Below, piece by piece: positions 28,187 through 37,435 of a stretch of 39,355 nucleotides of DNA. Made by a program: the position numbers and the translations under genes. The DNA is from an uncultured virus (IMG/VR IMGVR_UViG_3300030707_000002). Taxonomy: Duplodnaviria > Heunggongvirae > Uroviricota > Caudoviricetes. How positions within the stretch are numbered: the first letter of the stretch is position 1; each line of letters opens with the position of its first letter. A model generated the notes under the pieces. That model made no database searches. It was not told the DNA's origin and saw only the letters and a program-made list of their open reading frames with translations. The stretch lies in IMG/VR virus record IMGVR_UViG_3300030707_000002; one strand, written 5' to 3'.

Positions 28187-28638
28187 TGCCGAGCAAACCG
28201 CGCAAACCCATCGCCGACCTCATCGGCGAGCTGCAGTCCTGGCTTCCCAATTACGATCACGGTCCGGAGGACTTCCCGACTCTGTTCTGGCGCATCCTGG
28301 CGAGCCTACCTGGCGGCGACCAAGCGGCAGACATGGGCTACGAGACGTTCAACCTCGGCTGGAAAGAAGCCGAACTGTTAGGGGACACCCTGAACGCCAT
28401 CCAGGACACTCGCGACGTCGAAGACCTTATCCAGGGGCTCATCGGCGACGAGGAGGAGGAGGTCGAGGAGGCGCGACGACGGAACCCAATGGCGCGGGAA
28501 GCCCCTTCCCGGCGGCCCCCCGTGCGGTCAGCGCCGCACGTCCCACCACCCAGGCGGCCGACCGTGCGCGAGGAACCGCCCAGACGACCGATACCGCGCG
28601 GACGATCCGCGCGCCGACCGCCACCGAGGAGACGCTGA
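28186..28638 (+). CDS. Phage protein with acidic core and long Arg/Pro-rich tail
   Basis: TAATG-coupled MPSKPRK start; tail VEEARRR...MAREA...TVREE...RRPPPRRR. Confidence 0.8.
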   Translation: MPSKPRKPIADLIGELQSWLPNYDHGPEDFPTLFWRILASLPGGDQAADMGYETFNLGWKEAELLGDTLNAIQDTRDVEDLIQGLIGDEEEEVEEARRRNPMAREAPSRRPPVRSAPHVPPPRRPTVREEPPRRPIPRGRSARRPPPRRR

Positions 28639-29726
28639 TGCCCCCGCAACGACTCGACAGCTTCACCCGCGCGTACATCGAAGCCGCACTCTGGAGCACG
28701 ACAGACAACAGCGACGAGCAGGGCGGTGAACCGCTCGACGCGAACTACGGCATCGACGACATCGCGCCCGAGACGATGGAGCTGATGATCGAGGACTGCG
28801 CCGACTTCCAGGAGCGATACGCCGAGCTGCTCTCCGAGAGCGGGATCGATGATGCGCGAGCCGGACACGACTTCTGGCTGAGTCGCGGTGGCGCAGGAAG
28901 CGGCTTCTTCGACGAAGACACGATCGACGAGGAGTTCCAAGATCCCCTCCAGGAGGCCGCGCAGTCGTACGGCGAGTTCGACCTGTACCTCGGCGACCCC
29001 GACGCCGACGGGGAGGTTTTCATCCACGGTCCCCCGCCCGACTGGTACCGCAGCCACCGCAAGCCGGCTCCCGCTGTCAGCGAGGCTCGCCGGCCGATGA
29101 TCCGCTCGAGACTGGAAGCACGGTCTGCATCCATCAAGGCGCGGTTTATTGATCGCAAGCGTCTCGGAGAGATGATGTCCCCCTGGGGCGGGGACGGCGA
29201 TGGCGGCATCGGCCCGGTCGGCAGCTACTACTACGGCGGCCACGTGTACCCCGATCCCAAGTGGGTCGAGGGTGCCATCGCGCAAGCCGAGAGCTATATC
29301 CCGAAGGCCGAACGCGGGGAGCACGGCTGGACGAAAAAAGACGCGCGCGACCTCCGTACCATCGTAGCGGGTCTCCGCTATTACCTCGAGCACGACTATC
29401 CAGCAGGAAGTGCCTCTCCGCGCGCCGGCGAGGTACGTTCACCCCCTCGACCCCGCTACGCCGGCGAAGCCGACCTCCCGACCACCAACATCAACTGGCG
29501 TGACATCCCGCGCGGCTCGAAGGTCGAGCTCGTCGGCCACTCCTACGTTGTGACGAAGCCGGACGGCACCCGGGCGAGCGTGTACTGGTCCGGTCACGAC
29601 GCCGCCGTCGCGCAGCGAACGCTCGACAGCATGGCGCAGGCCGGGGCGAGGGGACAGCGGGTGCCGTTGCCGATGCCTCGTGGGTTCCACGGAGCGCTTC
29701 GTCCAGGACAGAAAAGGAGACGTTGA
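28638..29726 (+). CDS. Three-domain phage protein with Arg-rich linkers
   Basis: N-domain FTRAYIEAALWS...AGHDFWLSRGGAGSGFFD (a recurrent phage hypothetical motif); linkers VSEARR and AGEA; ends KRRR. Confidence 0.85.
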   Translation: MPPQRLDSFTRAYIEAALWSTTDNSDEQGGEPLDANYGIDDIAPETMELMIEDCADFQERYAELLSESGIDDARAGHDFWLSRGGAGSGFFDEDTIDEEFQDPLQEAAQSYGEFDLYLGDPDADGEVFIHGPPPDWYRSHRKPAPAVSEARRPMIRSRLEARSASIKARFIDRKRLGEMMSPWGGDGDGGIGPVGSYYYGGHVYPDPKWVEGAIAQAESYIPKAERGEHGWTKKDARDLRTIVAGLRYYLEHDYPAGSASPRAGEVRSPPRPRYAGEADLPTTNINWRDIPRGSKVELVGHSYVVTKPDGTRASVYWSGHDAAVAQRTLDSMAQAGARGQRVPLPMPRGFHGALRPGQKRRR

Positions 29727-30232
29727 TGGCGGCCTTCACCAAGCGGCACTACATCGAGATCGCGCGCATCCTGAACGGAGTCCGCGATCCGCGCGAGCGG
29801 CAGCGGCTCGCCGAGGAGTTCGCGCGCCTGTTCCGAGAGGACAATCCTTCCTTCGATGTCGAGCGATTCTCGTCGGCGGTCTACGGGGAGCCCGGCGGCC
29901 GACGCACCGTACGAGAAAACGACGAGGACGAAGAGCCTGAAGAAGATGACGAGGAACAAGAGGACGAGGAGCTCGACCAGTCGGAAATAGATGATGGACT
30001 GACCATCGGTGCGCGGCGAGGCGGCTATTCGGTAACCTTCAGCGGGAAGAGTCTCGGCACCTTCGACGACTTCGACAAGGCGCTCAAGGTCGGCGTGCAG
30101 GCGATGCACGACTCGAACTACTTCCCCAACGTCTTCTACGTGAACGAGCGCGGCAACGTCGACCTGCTCTCGGTCAAGGACAAGGGCAGGGTCATCAAGG
30201 TCACGTACGAGATCGTGCGGAGCTGGGTATGA
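29726..30232 (+). CDS. Two-domain phage protein
   Basis: FTKRHY...DNPSFDVERF domain, RRTVRE linker with acidic run, then a YFPNVFYVNERGN domain. Confidence 0.85.
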   Translation: MAAFTKRHYIEIARILNGVRDPRERQRLAEEFARLFREDNPSFDVERFSSAVYGEPGGRRTVRENDEDEEPEEDDEEQEDEELDQSEIDDGLTIGARRGGYSVTFSGKSLGTFDDFDKALKVGVQAMHDSNYFPNVFYVNERGNVDLLSVKDKGRVIKVTYEIVRSWV

Positions 30233-31890
30233 CACGACGCCGCCCCTCTCGCCGCCCCCTGCGCTCCCCCCACCACCGCGTCGCCGACTTCACCACGCTC
30301 CCCGAATTGATCGAGCACGCCAAGACGGTCGACGGCGCCAGCCACATCCTCGTCGCCGGCCGGCAGATGACGCTCTTCTTCCCGCGCACCGACGGGCGGT
30401 ACGAGTCGGCGAGCCCGTGGCAAGAACGAGGGTATTGGCACTTTCCAGCCACAGGCGACCGCGCCGTCGTGACCCGGCTGCCCGCCGGCGCCGAGCCGAT
30501 CGGGTCGCACACGCGGCGGGTCGGAGGGCGAGCGAGCGAGGCGGGCCGGCGCCGCGCACCGCCAAAGATACCTGGAGCCGCGAGTGATCTCGAGTGGCAT
30601 CACCACCGCGATAGTTTCGTCGGTACGGTCGACGGGGTCAGCCACTTCCTCGTCGACCCGTCTGCAGGCGGCGACTGGATCCTGTGGGCGGTCAACCCGA
30701 CGACCGGTGTGCAGACGAGGAAGCTTGGTCGGTACCCCACCGCGGCCGATGCGAAGGACGCTGCTCGCAGCGGCCGCACGGTCGGTGAGGCGCGCCCACG
30801 CGGCCGCCGCGAGCCGGAAGGGCCGGGCATCGGCGGATCGCTGCAACTGGCCAACGAACTGTCGCAGCAATTGAACGGCTCGACGCCGAAGGACATCCCC
30901 GGCGGCTTCCGCTGGAGCGAGCACAACGAGGCGGCGCAGTTCACGACGCACAGTCCCGAGTACAGCCAGAAGGTCGTTGTCGTCGTCTCCCTCTTCGACG
31001 ATGCCTCGGTCGCCGTCGACTTCTTTGGGGACGAGGGGCTGTCGGAGACCGCCCGCTACGAGAACATCGGACACTTCACCTACCCGACCACCTCCGATCT
31101 CCCGGAGATGGTCAAGGACATCCAGTGGGTCTGGGAAACAGTGGACGGGTACGCGGCGAGCTGGCAGGAGGATGAGAGCGGCGAGGTGGATGAGGCGCGG
31201 CGAGAGCAACCCTACCGAGTCTCGTTCACAACCACGCACGGCACCATCGACGGGTGGATCTGGGCCACCTCTGAGCGACAAGCAAAGCGTCGTCTCGAGG
31301 ACGAACTGGGCGGCGCTGCATTCGATCTGCGTTCGATCGAGATCGACCAATCGGGTCGTGCGCCTCGACCCAACGAGTACGAACATTCGCGTGGAAGCAA
31401 GCACTTCGTCAGGAAGCTGCCAGGCATGAGGAAACTGCCTGCAGTGGCCGAGGCCCGCCACATCGGCCTCGAACCCATGTCCGCCGACGCCTTCATCGAG
31501 CTTCTTTCGTCGAAGCTGCAGCGCTTCGATCGGCAGGCACGCGTTCGCTTCGATCCGAGCCTCGCCGGCGAGCGGGGCGGCGGCAGCGTCTACGTGAACT
31601 TCATCAACCTGCCGCCCGGCGTGGGGGACGCAGGCGGGGGCGCCGAGGCCGAGAACAACCGCGCGTCGTTCCACATCCGAGGCTTCGCGTACGACCCGAC
31701 CGTTCCCGTTGCGAAGGTCAAGGTCGACCAGAGCAACAACGTCTTTCGCCGAACCGTTCCATTTCGCGCACGAACCGGATCGCCCGAGGTGGTCGCGCGG
31801 CACCTCTCCGAGTACCTGGCGGCGATCGTCAAGACGGTCCCACCGAACTTCACGCACACAACCCGCGAACGCATACGGAGCCGCCGATGA
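30229..31890 (+). CDS. Five-domain phage polyprotein-like protein with Arg-rich linkers
   Basis: ATGA-coupled; domains separated by ASEAGRRR, VGEARPR, VDEARRE and VAEARH; Arg-rich termini. Confidence 0.8.
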   Translation: MTRRRPSRRPLRSPHHRVADFTTLPELIEHAKTVDGASHILVAGRQMTLFFPRTDGRYESASPWQERGYWHFPATGDRAVVTRLPAGAEPIGSHTRRVGGRASEAGRRRAPPKIPGAASDLEWHHHRDSFVGTVDGVSHFLVDPSAGGDWILWAVNPTTGVQTRKLGRYPTAADAKDAARSGRTVGEARPRGRREPEGPGIGGSLQLANELSQQLNGSTPKDIPGGFRWSEHNEAAQFTTHSPEYSQKVVVVVSLFDDASVAVDFFGDEGLSETARYENIGHFTYPTTSDLPEMVKDIQWVWETVDGYAASWQEDESGEVDEARREQPYRVSFTTTHGTIDGWIWATSERQAKRRLEDELGGAAFDLRSIEIDQSGRAPRPNEYEHSRGSKHFVRKLPGMRKLPAVAEARHIGLEPMSADAFIELLSSKLQRFDRQARVRFDPSLAGERGGGSVYVNFINLPPGVGDAGGGAEAENNRASFHIRGFAYDPTVPVAKVKVDQSNNVFRRTVPFRARTGSPEVVARHLSEYLAAIVKTVPPNFTHTTRERIRSRR

Positions 31891-32828
31891 CCCGCAAACC
31901 GAAAGCCAAGCGCCGCGCCGCCCGCGAGCCCACCCCCAAGCAAGAGGGTGAACAGATTCTGGTCGACGCCTCCAAGGCCGGCACCGACTACGCCCAGGAG
32001 CAGTTGAACGGCGACTATTTCCGCGACTGGGTGTGGGAGCAGATGGTCGAGGCCGAGCGGATGCGCCAGCGCGACCCCAACAGCGTCATCCCACTCGAGT
32101 CGCCCGCCGACGCGCGCAAGGTCGCCCGGAACATGCTCCAGCAGCTCGAGTGGGACACGAAGCGCGACATGGATGCGAGCACCGTTCTCGAGCTCAGCGG
32201 GGCGAAGGGCGTGTTCGGCAGCGGGAGCGCCGACTGGGTCCGCGACCACTACGGCATCACCTACGAAGAGGTCAGCGACGCCTTCTTCGGCGCCTTCGAC
32301 GAGGAGCTGAAGAGTCCGAACGTCCGGCAGGGACTGGCCGACCTGATCCTGGAGAACCTCGACGAGGTGCGCGGCACGCCGAAGAGCGAACTCGCGCACG
32401 AAGCGAGACGCCACCACGCGCGCAAGTCACCGAGCGGAGCCTACCCGCGGTCACCCATCGGCCAGTACGTGCTCACCCGCGACGGCAAGGAAGTCTTGCG
32501 GGGCACCGAGAACGCGATCTGGGCCTGGATGCACAGAAACCACAGCTTCAGCGTCGACCACGCTCTCCAGTACGAGGGGTACCGGATCGCGCCGGTGGAA
32601 GCCGTCGCCGAACACCGCCGCCCCGTCGTCCGCGACTACATTGCGGTTGACCCCAAGGGCCGCACCGTCGCCGGACCCTTCACCGACTACAGCGAGGCGA
32701 AAAGGGAGGCCGACCGCGCGCGCGGGTACGTCCGATTCGCGTCCAGGATGAGCGAGGCCTCCCCCAGCTACTACAGGGTGGCGCAGTCGCGGGCGCGGGT
32801 GTCGCGTCCACGGCATCGGCCGCGATGA
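31887..32828 (+). CDS. Multi-domain phage protein with Arg-rich linkers
   Basis: ATGA-coupled; KRRAARE, AHEARRH, VAEHRR and MSEA linkers; Arg-rich C-terminus. Confidence 0.8.
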   Translation: MTRKPKAKRRAAREPTPKQEGEQILVDASKAGTDYAQEQLNGDYFRDWVWEQMVEAERMRQRDPNSVIPLESPADARKVARNMLQQLEWDTKRDMDASTVLELSGAKGVFGSGSADWVRDHYGITYEEVSDAFFGAFDEELKSPNVRQGLADLILENLDEVRGTPKSELAHEARRHHARKSPSGAYPRSPIGQYVLTRDGKEVLRGTENAIWAWMHRNHSFSVDHALQYEGYRIAPVEAVAEHRRPVVRDYIAVDPKGRTVAGPFTDYSEAKREADRARGYVRFASRMSEASPSYYRVAQSRARVSRPRHRPR

Positions 32829-34624
32829 AGGCCACCCTCCTCGAGACCGCTCAGGACGCGCTGGACGCGCTGCCGGGACTCTACGTCGTTCACTCGGGCA
32901 GCGAGGCGTACTTCCCGATGATGGCGATCGTGGAGGGTGGCTACGCCCTCTTCCGCGGCGAGGTCTACGACGACCACGGGCGCACGGTCACCGTCGAGGT
33001 GACGACCGAGCCTGAGCGGCGCGTGCTGCACGAGCAGTCCGAGCGTCGGATCATCACCATCGGTCCCGAGTTCTTCATCACCGCGCTCAAGGACTACAAC
33101 GATTGGCCGCTCAAGTGGTGGCGGGAAGCCGTCCAGAACGCGGTCGACGCCGGCGGAAAGAATGTGGCGCTCGGCGCCATCAAGCAGGACGACGGCACAA
33201 TGCTCGTCTCCTGCGAGGACGACGGCAAGGGGATGGACGAGGAGACCATCCTCACGAAGTTCCTCGTGCTCGGCGCCACCACCAAGACCGGACCGAGCGG
33301 CGCCGCGGGTGGGTTCGGCAAGGCCAAGGAGCTGCTGCTCCTGCCGTGGATCTCCTGGAAGGTCCACAGCCGCGACACGGTCGTGGAGGGGGCCGGAATC
33401 GACTACACGGTCGTGCGCGGGCCCGCGCGAACAGGAACCCGGCTCGAAGTCGTGATGCCGCCGGACAAGCTGACCGACGCGCCCGTTGCGCTCGGGTTCC
33501 TCCAGAAGTGCAACTTGCCCGGCATCCGGTTCACGGTCAACGGCGCACCGGCCAAAGCCGACCTCACCGGCGGCCGAATGGTCGACAGCGTGCCGGACAA
33601 GGCCGACATCTACTTCACCCCGTCGACCGGCGAGACGCAGTCGTACCTCTACGTGCGCGCCCGCGGTCTCTTCATGTTCTCGTCGTACATCGGCACCATC
33701 CCCGGCTTCCTCGTCGCCGAGCTGACCGCGCCGTCCATCGAGCTATTGACCGCGAACCGCGACGGGTTCCGCGACTACCACGTGCGCGACGCCGTCGACA
33801 AGCTGGCCGAACGGATCGCGAAGGACAACCTCTCCGCGCTCAAGAACAAGCAGGGCCTCATCCGGCAGAAGTTCGAGGGGACCGGGAAGTTTCGCGCGAA
33901 GGAACGGGCATCAAGGGCGCTCGACCAGATCGGCCCCTACGGCGCCGGGGAGCTGCCGACCCGGAGCACCGAGATCATCATCGCCTCGATGGGCAGCTAC
34001 GCGCAGGGCGAGGAGGATCGGCTGCAGTCGATGCCATCGCCGACCGTCTCCACCATCTTGCTCGACCAGAAGTTCCTGGGACCCAACCACCTCGAAGCGG
34101 CCATCAAGCAGCTTGTCTGGGAGCCGGACTTCTTCCTGGTCAACGAGATCGAGGGCTACCGGGTCCCACGCAAATTCTTCCCAGCGACGATGACGCCCAC
34201 CGTGCTCAAGCTCGCCAAAACATGGGTCGAGCTGTGCCGGTACGTGATGATGCAGCTCGGCAGCGACCGGCACTTCGGCGCCGGATTCGTGTTCTCGACC
34301 GACCACGGCGCGCAAGCCATCACCGACGAGGACAAGGAGGGGCGCGACGAGTCCTGGATCATGCTGAACCCCTTCAAGGACGTCCGGACGCGCCAGGAGC
34401 TCCTGCGGCCCGCGCAGGACTCGGACTTGAAGTGGCTGTACGCTGCCGCGATCCACGAGGCGACGCACATCGCCGACAACATGAGTTACCACGACGAGAG
34501 CTTCGCAGCGGCGCTCACGCGCAACATGGCCAAGTGCGCGGACGGGTACCGGAAGATCCGGCAGATCGCTGCCGGCATCCGGACGCGCGGCGGGGGTGGG
34601 AGTCCGGAAGCGGACGAAGAATGA
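32825..34624 (+). CDS. GHKL (HSP90/MORC-like) ATPase with C-terminal HExxH zincin-like motif
   Basis: REAVQNAVDA (N box), EDDGKGM (G1), GATTK/GGFGKAK (G2), TGT; C-terminal IHEATH-x6-HDESF. Confidence 0.85.
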   Translation: MKATLLETAQDALDALPGLYVVHSGSEAYFPMMAIVEGGYALFRGEVYDDHGRTVTVEVTTEPERRVLHEQSERRIITIGPEFFITALKDYNDWPLKWWREAVQNAVDAGGKNVALGAIKQDDGTMLVSCEDDGKGMDEETILTKFLVLGATTKTGPSGAAGGFGKAKELLLLPWISWKVHSRDTVVEGAGIDYTVVRGPARTGTRLEVVMPPDKLTDAPVALGFLQKCNLPGIRFTVNGAPAKADLTGGRMVDSVPDKADIYFTPSTGETQSYLYVRARGLFMFSSYIGTIPGFLVAELTAPSIELLTANRDGFRDYHVRDAVDKLAERIAKDNLSALKNKQGLIRQKFEGTGKFRAKERASRALDQIGPYGAGELPTRSTEIIIASMGSYAQGEEDRLQSMPSPTVSTILLDQKFLGPNHLEAAIKQLVWEPDFFLVNEIEGYRVPRKFFPATMTPTVLKLAKTWVELCRYVMMQLGSDRHFGAGFVFSTDHGAQAITDEDKEGRDESWIMLNPFKDVRTRQELLRPAQDSDLKWLYAAAIHEATHIADNMSYHDESFAAALTRNMAKCADGYRKIRQIAAGIRTRGGGGSPEADEE

Positions 34625-34625
34625 A

Positions 34626-35090
34626 CTAGTCCCCCACCCGCACCGCACCGACCTGGACCGACCGAACGACGGCCGGTTTTGCGGTTGCAGCCGCGGGCGG
34701 AGGGATGGCCGCCGGAGCGGCCGCCGGCGCCGCAGCCGTCCGGTTGTCGACCCGAACGGGTCGGACCACGGACCGAAGGATCGGCTCGGCGGCGACCGCG
34801 GTGGACACCGGTGCGGCGGCGTCCAGCAGCGCCAGCTCGATCTCTACGCGATCCATTGCCGAGGTGATCTCCGCGATCGAGGCGGCCGCCGGCGCCGCAT
34901 TCTTCGCCTCGATGACCACGGGCGCGCCGGTCCATTTGTGCACGACGAGGCCGATGCCCACGGCCGTCACCACGGCCGCCGCGTGGGCGACGATTTCCTT
35001 CCAGGGCGACCTGGCGTACCACGGTTTGCCGACACCGTGCAGCGACCGGCTCAGCTTGCGGATCTCCTCGCGGAGGTCGTCCTCGCTCAC
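34626..35090 (-). CDS. Membrane-anchored hypothetical protein
   Basis: GTGA-coupled to the holin-like gene; one TM segment (IVAHAAAVVTAVGIGLVV); Ala/Pro-rich tail. Confidence 0.55.
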   Translation of the reverse strand: MSEDDLREEIRKLSRSLHGVGKPWYARSPWKEIVAHAAAVVTAVGIGLVVHKWTGAPVVIEAKNAAPAAASIAEITSAMDRVEIELALLDAAAPVSTAVAAEPILRSVVRPVRVDNRTAAAPAAAPAAIPPPAAATAKPAVVRSVQVGAVRVGD

Positions 35091-35332
35091 GCGTGAACCG
35101 CGGACGTGCTCGATTTCACTTCCGGCTTGGCTTCCGGTGCCTTGCGGTTCATCGCGCCCGCGACCGCCTGACCGACGCCGAGCACGGCCGCCGACCCGAG
35201 GAAGACGCCGGTGATCGTGGTGACGGCCTGCATCGCCGTCGGTCCGTCGATCTTGCCGGTCATCGCAAGAATCATCGTGCAGACGAGTCCGAAGCCGCCG
35301 GCGAGCACCTTGGTGAGGAGGGTCTGGTCCAT
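35087..35332 (-). CDS. Small two-TM membrane protein, holin-like
   Basis: Two hydrophobic helices and a charged tail; TGG-TATCCT box 7 nt before the ATG. Confidence 0.6.
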   Translation of the reverse strand: MDQTLLTKVLAGGFGLVCTMILAMTGKIDGPTAMQAVTTITGVFLGSAAVLGVGQAVAGAMNRKAPEAKPEVKSSTSAVHA

Positions 35333-35353
35333 GCCCCAGAGGATACCACAGCC

Positions 35354-35575
35354 TTACCCAAACGCGATCCCACCCGCCCACGGGGACGACGCGACGACCG
35401 CCCCCTCGCCGAGCGGCTCCTTGCCGCACCGCCCGCACGCCCGGTCGCTGTGCACGCCGCCGAACACGAAGTCGGTGGACGTCACACACCCTAAGCAGAC
35501 GAGCACGCGTTTCTCGTGCGGCTTGTTTTTCGCGAGCCGCTCGGCACGTTGCTGGATGGGGTTCTTGTAGCCCAT
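35354..35575 (-). CDS. Small Zn-finger protein
   Basis: CLGC and CGRC motifs; AGAGG RBS. Confidence 0.6.
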   Translation of the reverse strand: MGYKNPIQQRAERLAKNKPHEKRVLVCLGCVTSTDFVFGGVHSDRACGRCGKEPLGEGAVVASSPWAGGIAFG

Positions 35576-35579
35576 CCTC

Positions 35580-35993
35580 TTATTGCGAGTGCCAGCACCA
35601 CACGTTCACGTCGAGCCCGTCAGCGAGCAGCGATTCGACCATCGCCGCGAACGCCCGCAGCTCGGGATCGCACTCGGTGTCGGCGAAATCGCCGTCTTGC
35701 AGGGTCCTCCACCGCCGTTCGCGGACGATGCCCACGAACTCGGCGCCCGTCACCTTGCGGACCCAGTACGGCTCGTCGAGCCGCCAGGGGCACTCCTCGT
35801 GGCTTTGCATCTTCGTCCATTCGGCGTGCGTGAGGTAACCTGGGAATTGCGCGATCGGCGACTCTGGGTCGCAGTCGCCGAACGCGTCGACGACGATCCC
35901 TCTCGCGAGGCACGTCGAGGGGCCCTCGAACAGGTCTCCGAAGTGGTTGCCGTGGCGGCGACACTCCACGCTCACGTACAGATCGGATCCCAT
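35580..35993 (-). CDS. Phage hypothetical protein
   Basis: MGSDLYVSVE N-terminus and an aromatic C-terminal strand resemble common phage hypotheticals; consistent packing. Confidence 0.7.
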   Translation of the reverse strand: MGSDLYVSVECRRHGNHFGDLFEGPSTCLARGIVVDAFGDCDPESPIAQFPGYLTHAEWTKMQSHEECPWRLDEPYWVRKVTGAEFVGIVRERRWRTLQDGDFADTECDPELRAFAAMVESLLADGLDVNVWCWHSQ

Positions 35994-36030
35994 TATGGAT
36001 CAGGCCCATCCAGCCAGCAGCGCCAGCGGC

Positions 36031-36405
36031 TCAAACGGATGCAGCCCGACTCGGCCTGGTCACGAGGGACTGCAGCGGGATCCCGAGACGGTAGTGGAGC
36101 TGTCGGATCATGTCCAACGTCAACGGGCGCCTGCGGTTCAGCACCTCCGAGAGGCGACCGCGCGTGCCGAAGATCGGCAAGAGATCGGTACTCGTGAGAC
36201 CCCCTTGCTCCATCCTGAACTTGATCGCCTCAATGGGATCGGGGTCGGGTACGGGGTAGACACGCTTCTCGTACGCCTCAACGAGCGCGCCGATCGCTTC
36301 CAGTTCGTCCTCCTCCACCGAACCGGGACGCGCGTCCCAGAGACGATTGATCTCACGGAGGCCGCGCTCGTAGTCGGCTTGCGTGCGGATGGGGCGGACA
36401 CTCAT
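36031..36405 (-). CDS. higA: HigA antitoxin (HTH)
   Basis: IRTQADYE, LVEAYE, PDPIEAIKFRMEQ, GRLSEVLNRRRPLTLDMIRQL. Confidence 0.92.
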   Translation of the reverse strand: MSVRPIRTQADYERGLREINRLWDARPGSVEEDELEAIGALVEAYEKRVYPVPDPDPIEAIKFRMEQGGLTSTDLLPIFGTRGRLSEVLNRRRPLTLDMIRQLHYRLGIPLQSLVTRPSRAASV

Positions 36406-36728
36406 TGAGGCCTCGTCAGTTTTGCGACATCGATTTTGTCGTATTGTTCATGCGTGCCGAGGAAGAGGATAAAGACAATGCCGTTGAGGGATGGCTGGCG
36501 TTTTAGGTTTGCGTAGCGAACGCTGACCACGAGCCTGTACTTATTGCCACCGATGTCGAAGATGACTTTGTCGCCCACGAAGTCTGCGGATCCGTGTCGT
36601 TGTCGGAGCTGCGCGGGATTCTCGTAATGGGCATCCTCAATCTCCTTGAGCCAAGCAAATAACGGTTGCGCAGCATCGATGTAGCGGCGTGCGAACTGGA
36701 TGACTGTCCGCCGTTCGTACAGTCGCAT
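36402..36728 (-). CDS. higB: HigB mRNA interferase toxin
   Basis: SADFVGDKVIFDIGGNKYRLVV, FLGTHEQYDKID; toxin-first order with ATGA coupling. Confidence 0.92.
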   Translation of the reverse strand: MRLYERRTVIQFARRYIDAAQPLFAWLKEIEDAHYENPAQLRQRHGSADFVGDKVIFDIGGNKYRLVVSVRYANLKRQPSLNGIVFILFLGTHEQYDKIDVAKLTRPQ

Positions 36729-36740
36729 CAGCCACGGAGA

Positions 36741-36769
36741 ACTGTAGCGCGATCCCGTGGTGGGATCAA
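36741..36769 (-). promoter_or_regulatory. higBA promoter with overlapping operator
   Basis: TTGATC-N17-TACAGT; inverted repeat GATCCC-N5-GGGATC at 36751-36767. Confidence 0.65.
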
Positions 36770-36794
36770 GGAGCGATACGACGTTTTCGTCTTG

Positions 36795-37424
36795 CTACGA
36801 GCAGCACCCGCACGTGCAGTCCCCGTTCACGAACGCGTAGCACCCCTCGTCGGTGCGCCCGCAGTGCCGGCGGCTCGCGCGCGGCGGCCCGTTCGAGACC
36901 GGCTTAGGCAGCGGCGGGGGACGCCTGGGCAAGTTCTGGAGCACCGGTGGCAACGGGACCTCGCGACCGCGCGGGATCTCCCCGGCCGTCAGCCGGGTCG
37001 ACGGTTTGCCCACAATGCGCTCGTGGGCGCTCACCACCCACACGCGCTGGTCCGCGGTCAACTGCTGGAACCGGCGACCGCTCGCCGACTCGGGCCCGAG
37101 AATGCCACCGTACGCCTGCAGATCGAACCGCATGCTGGCGAACGCCTCCATCTCGACGTCGGTCAGTTCGTCGACGTGGCTGTTGAGCAATTCGTTCAAG
37201 AGCGTGAGGTCGGACGTGCGCTGGGTCATGGTTCGCAGCCGCTCGCGGACCGCCGTAACCATCGTGCGCTGCTTGTCGGTGAGCTGCAGGAACATCCCCT
37301 CGTCGTACGCCGTCAGGTCGAACCGCATGCCGACGAGCACCTCGGTCTCGGCGTCGGTCAGCTCGCTCGAGTGCTCCTTGAGCAGGACGTTGAGCAGCTT
37401 GAGGTCGTCTTCACGCTGGGTCAT
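36795..37424 (-). CDS. Hypothetical protein with internal tandem domain duplication and Cys-rich tail
   Basis: GGAG RBS; two copies of MTQR-x-DL-x-LLN-x-LL...ELTD-x-E...MRFDL-x-AY...QLT-x-QR. Confidence 0.75.
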   Translation of the reverse strand: MTQREDDLKLLNVLLKEHSSELTDAETEVLVGMRFDLTAYDEGMFLQLTDKQRTMVTAVRERLRTMTQRTSDLTLLNELLNSHVDELTDVEMEAFASMRFDLQAYGGILGPESASGRRFQQLTADQRVWVVSAHERIVGKPSTRLTAGEIPRGREVPLPPVLQNLPRRPPPLPKPVSNGPPRASRRHCGRTDEGCYAFVNGDCTCGCCS

Positions 37425-37435
37425 GGAGTGCTCCC

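Noticed and set aside
30136..34648. 573 aa minus-strand and 508 aa alternative-frame ORFs
   Set aside because: Shadows of the coupled plus-strand operon.
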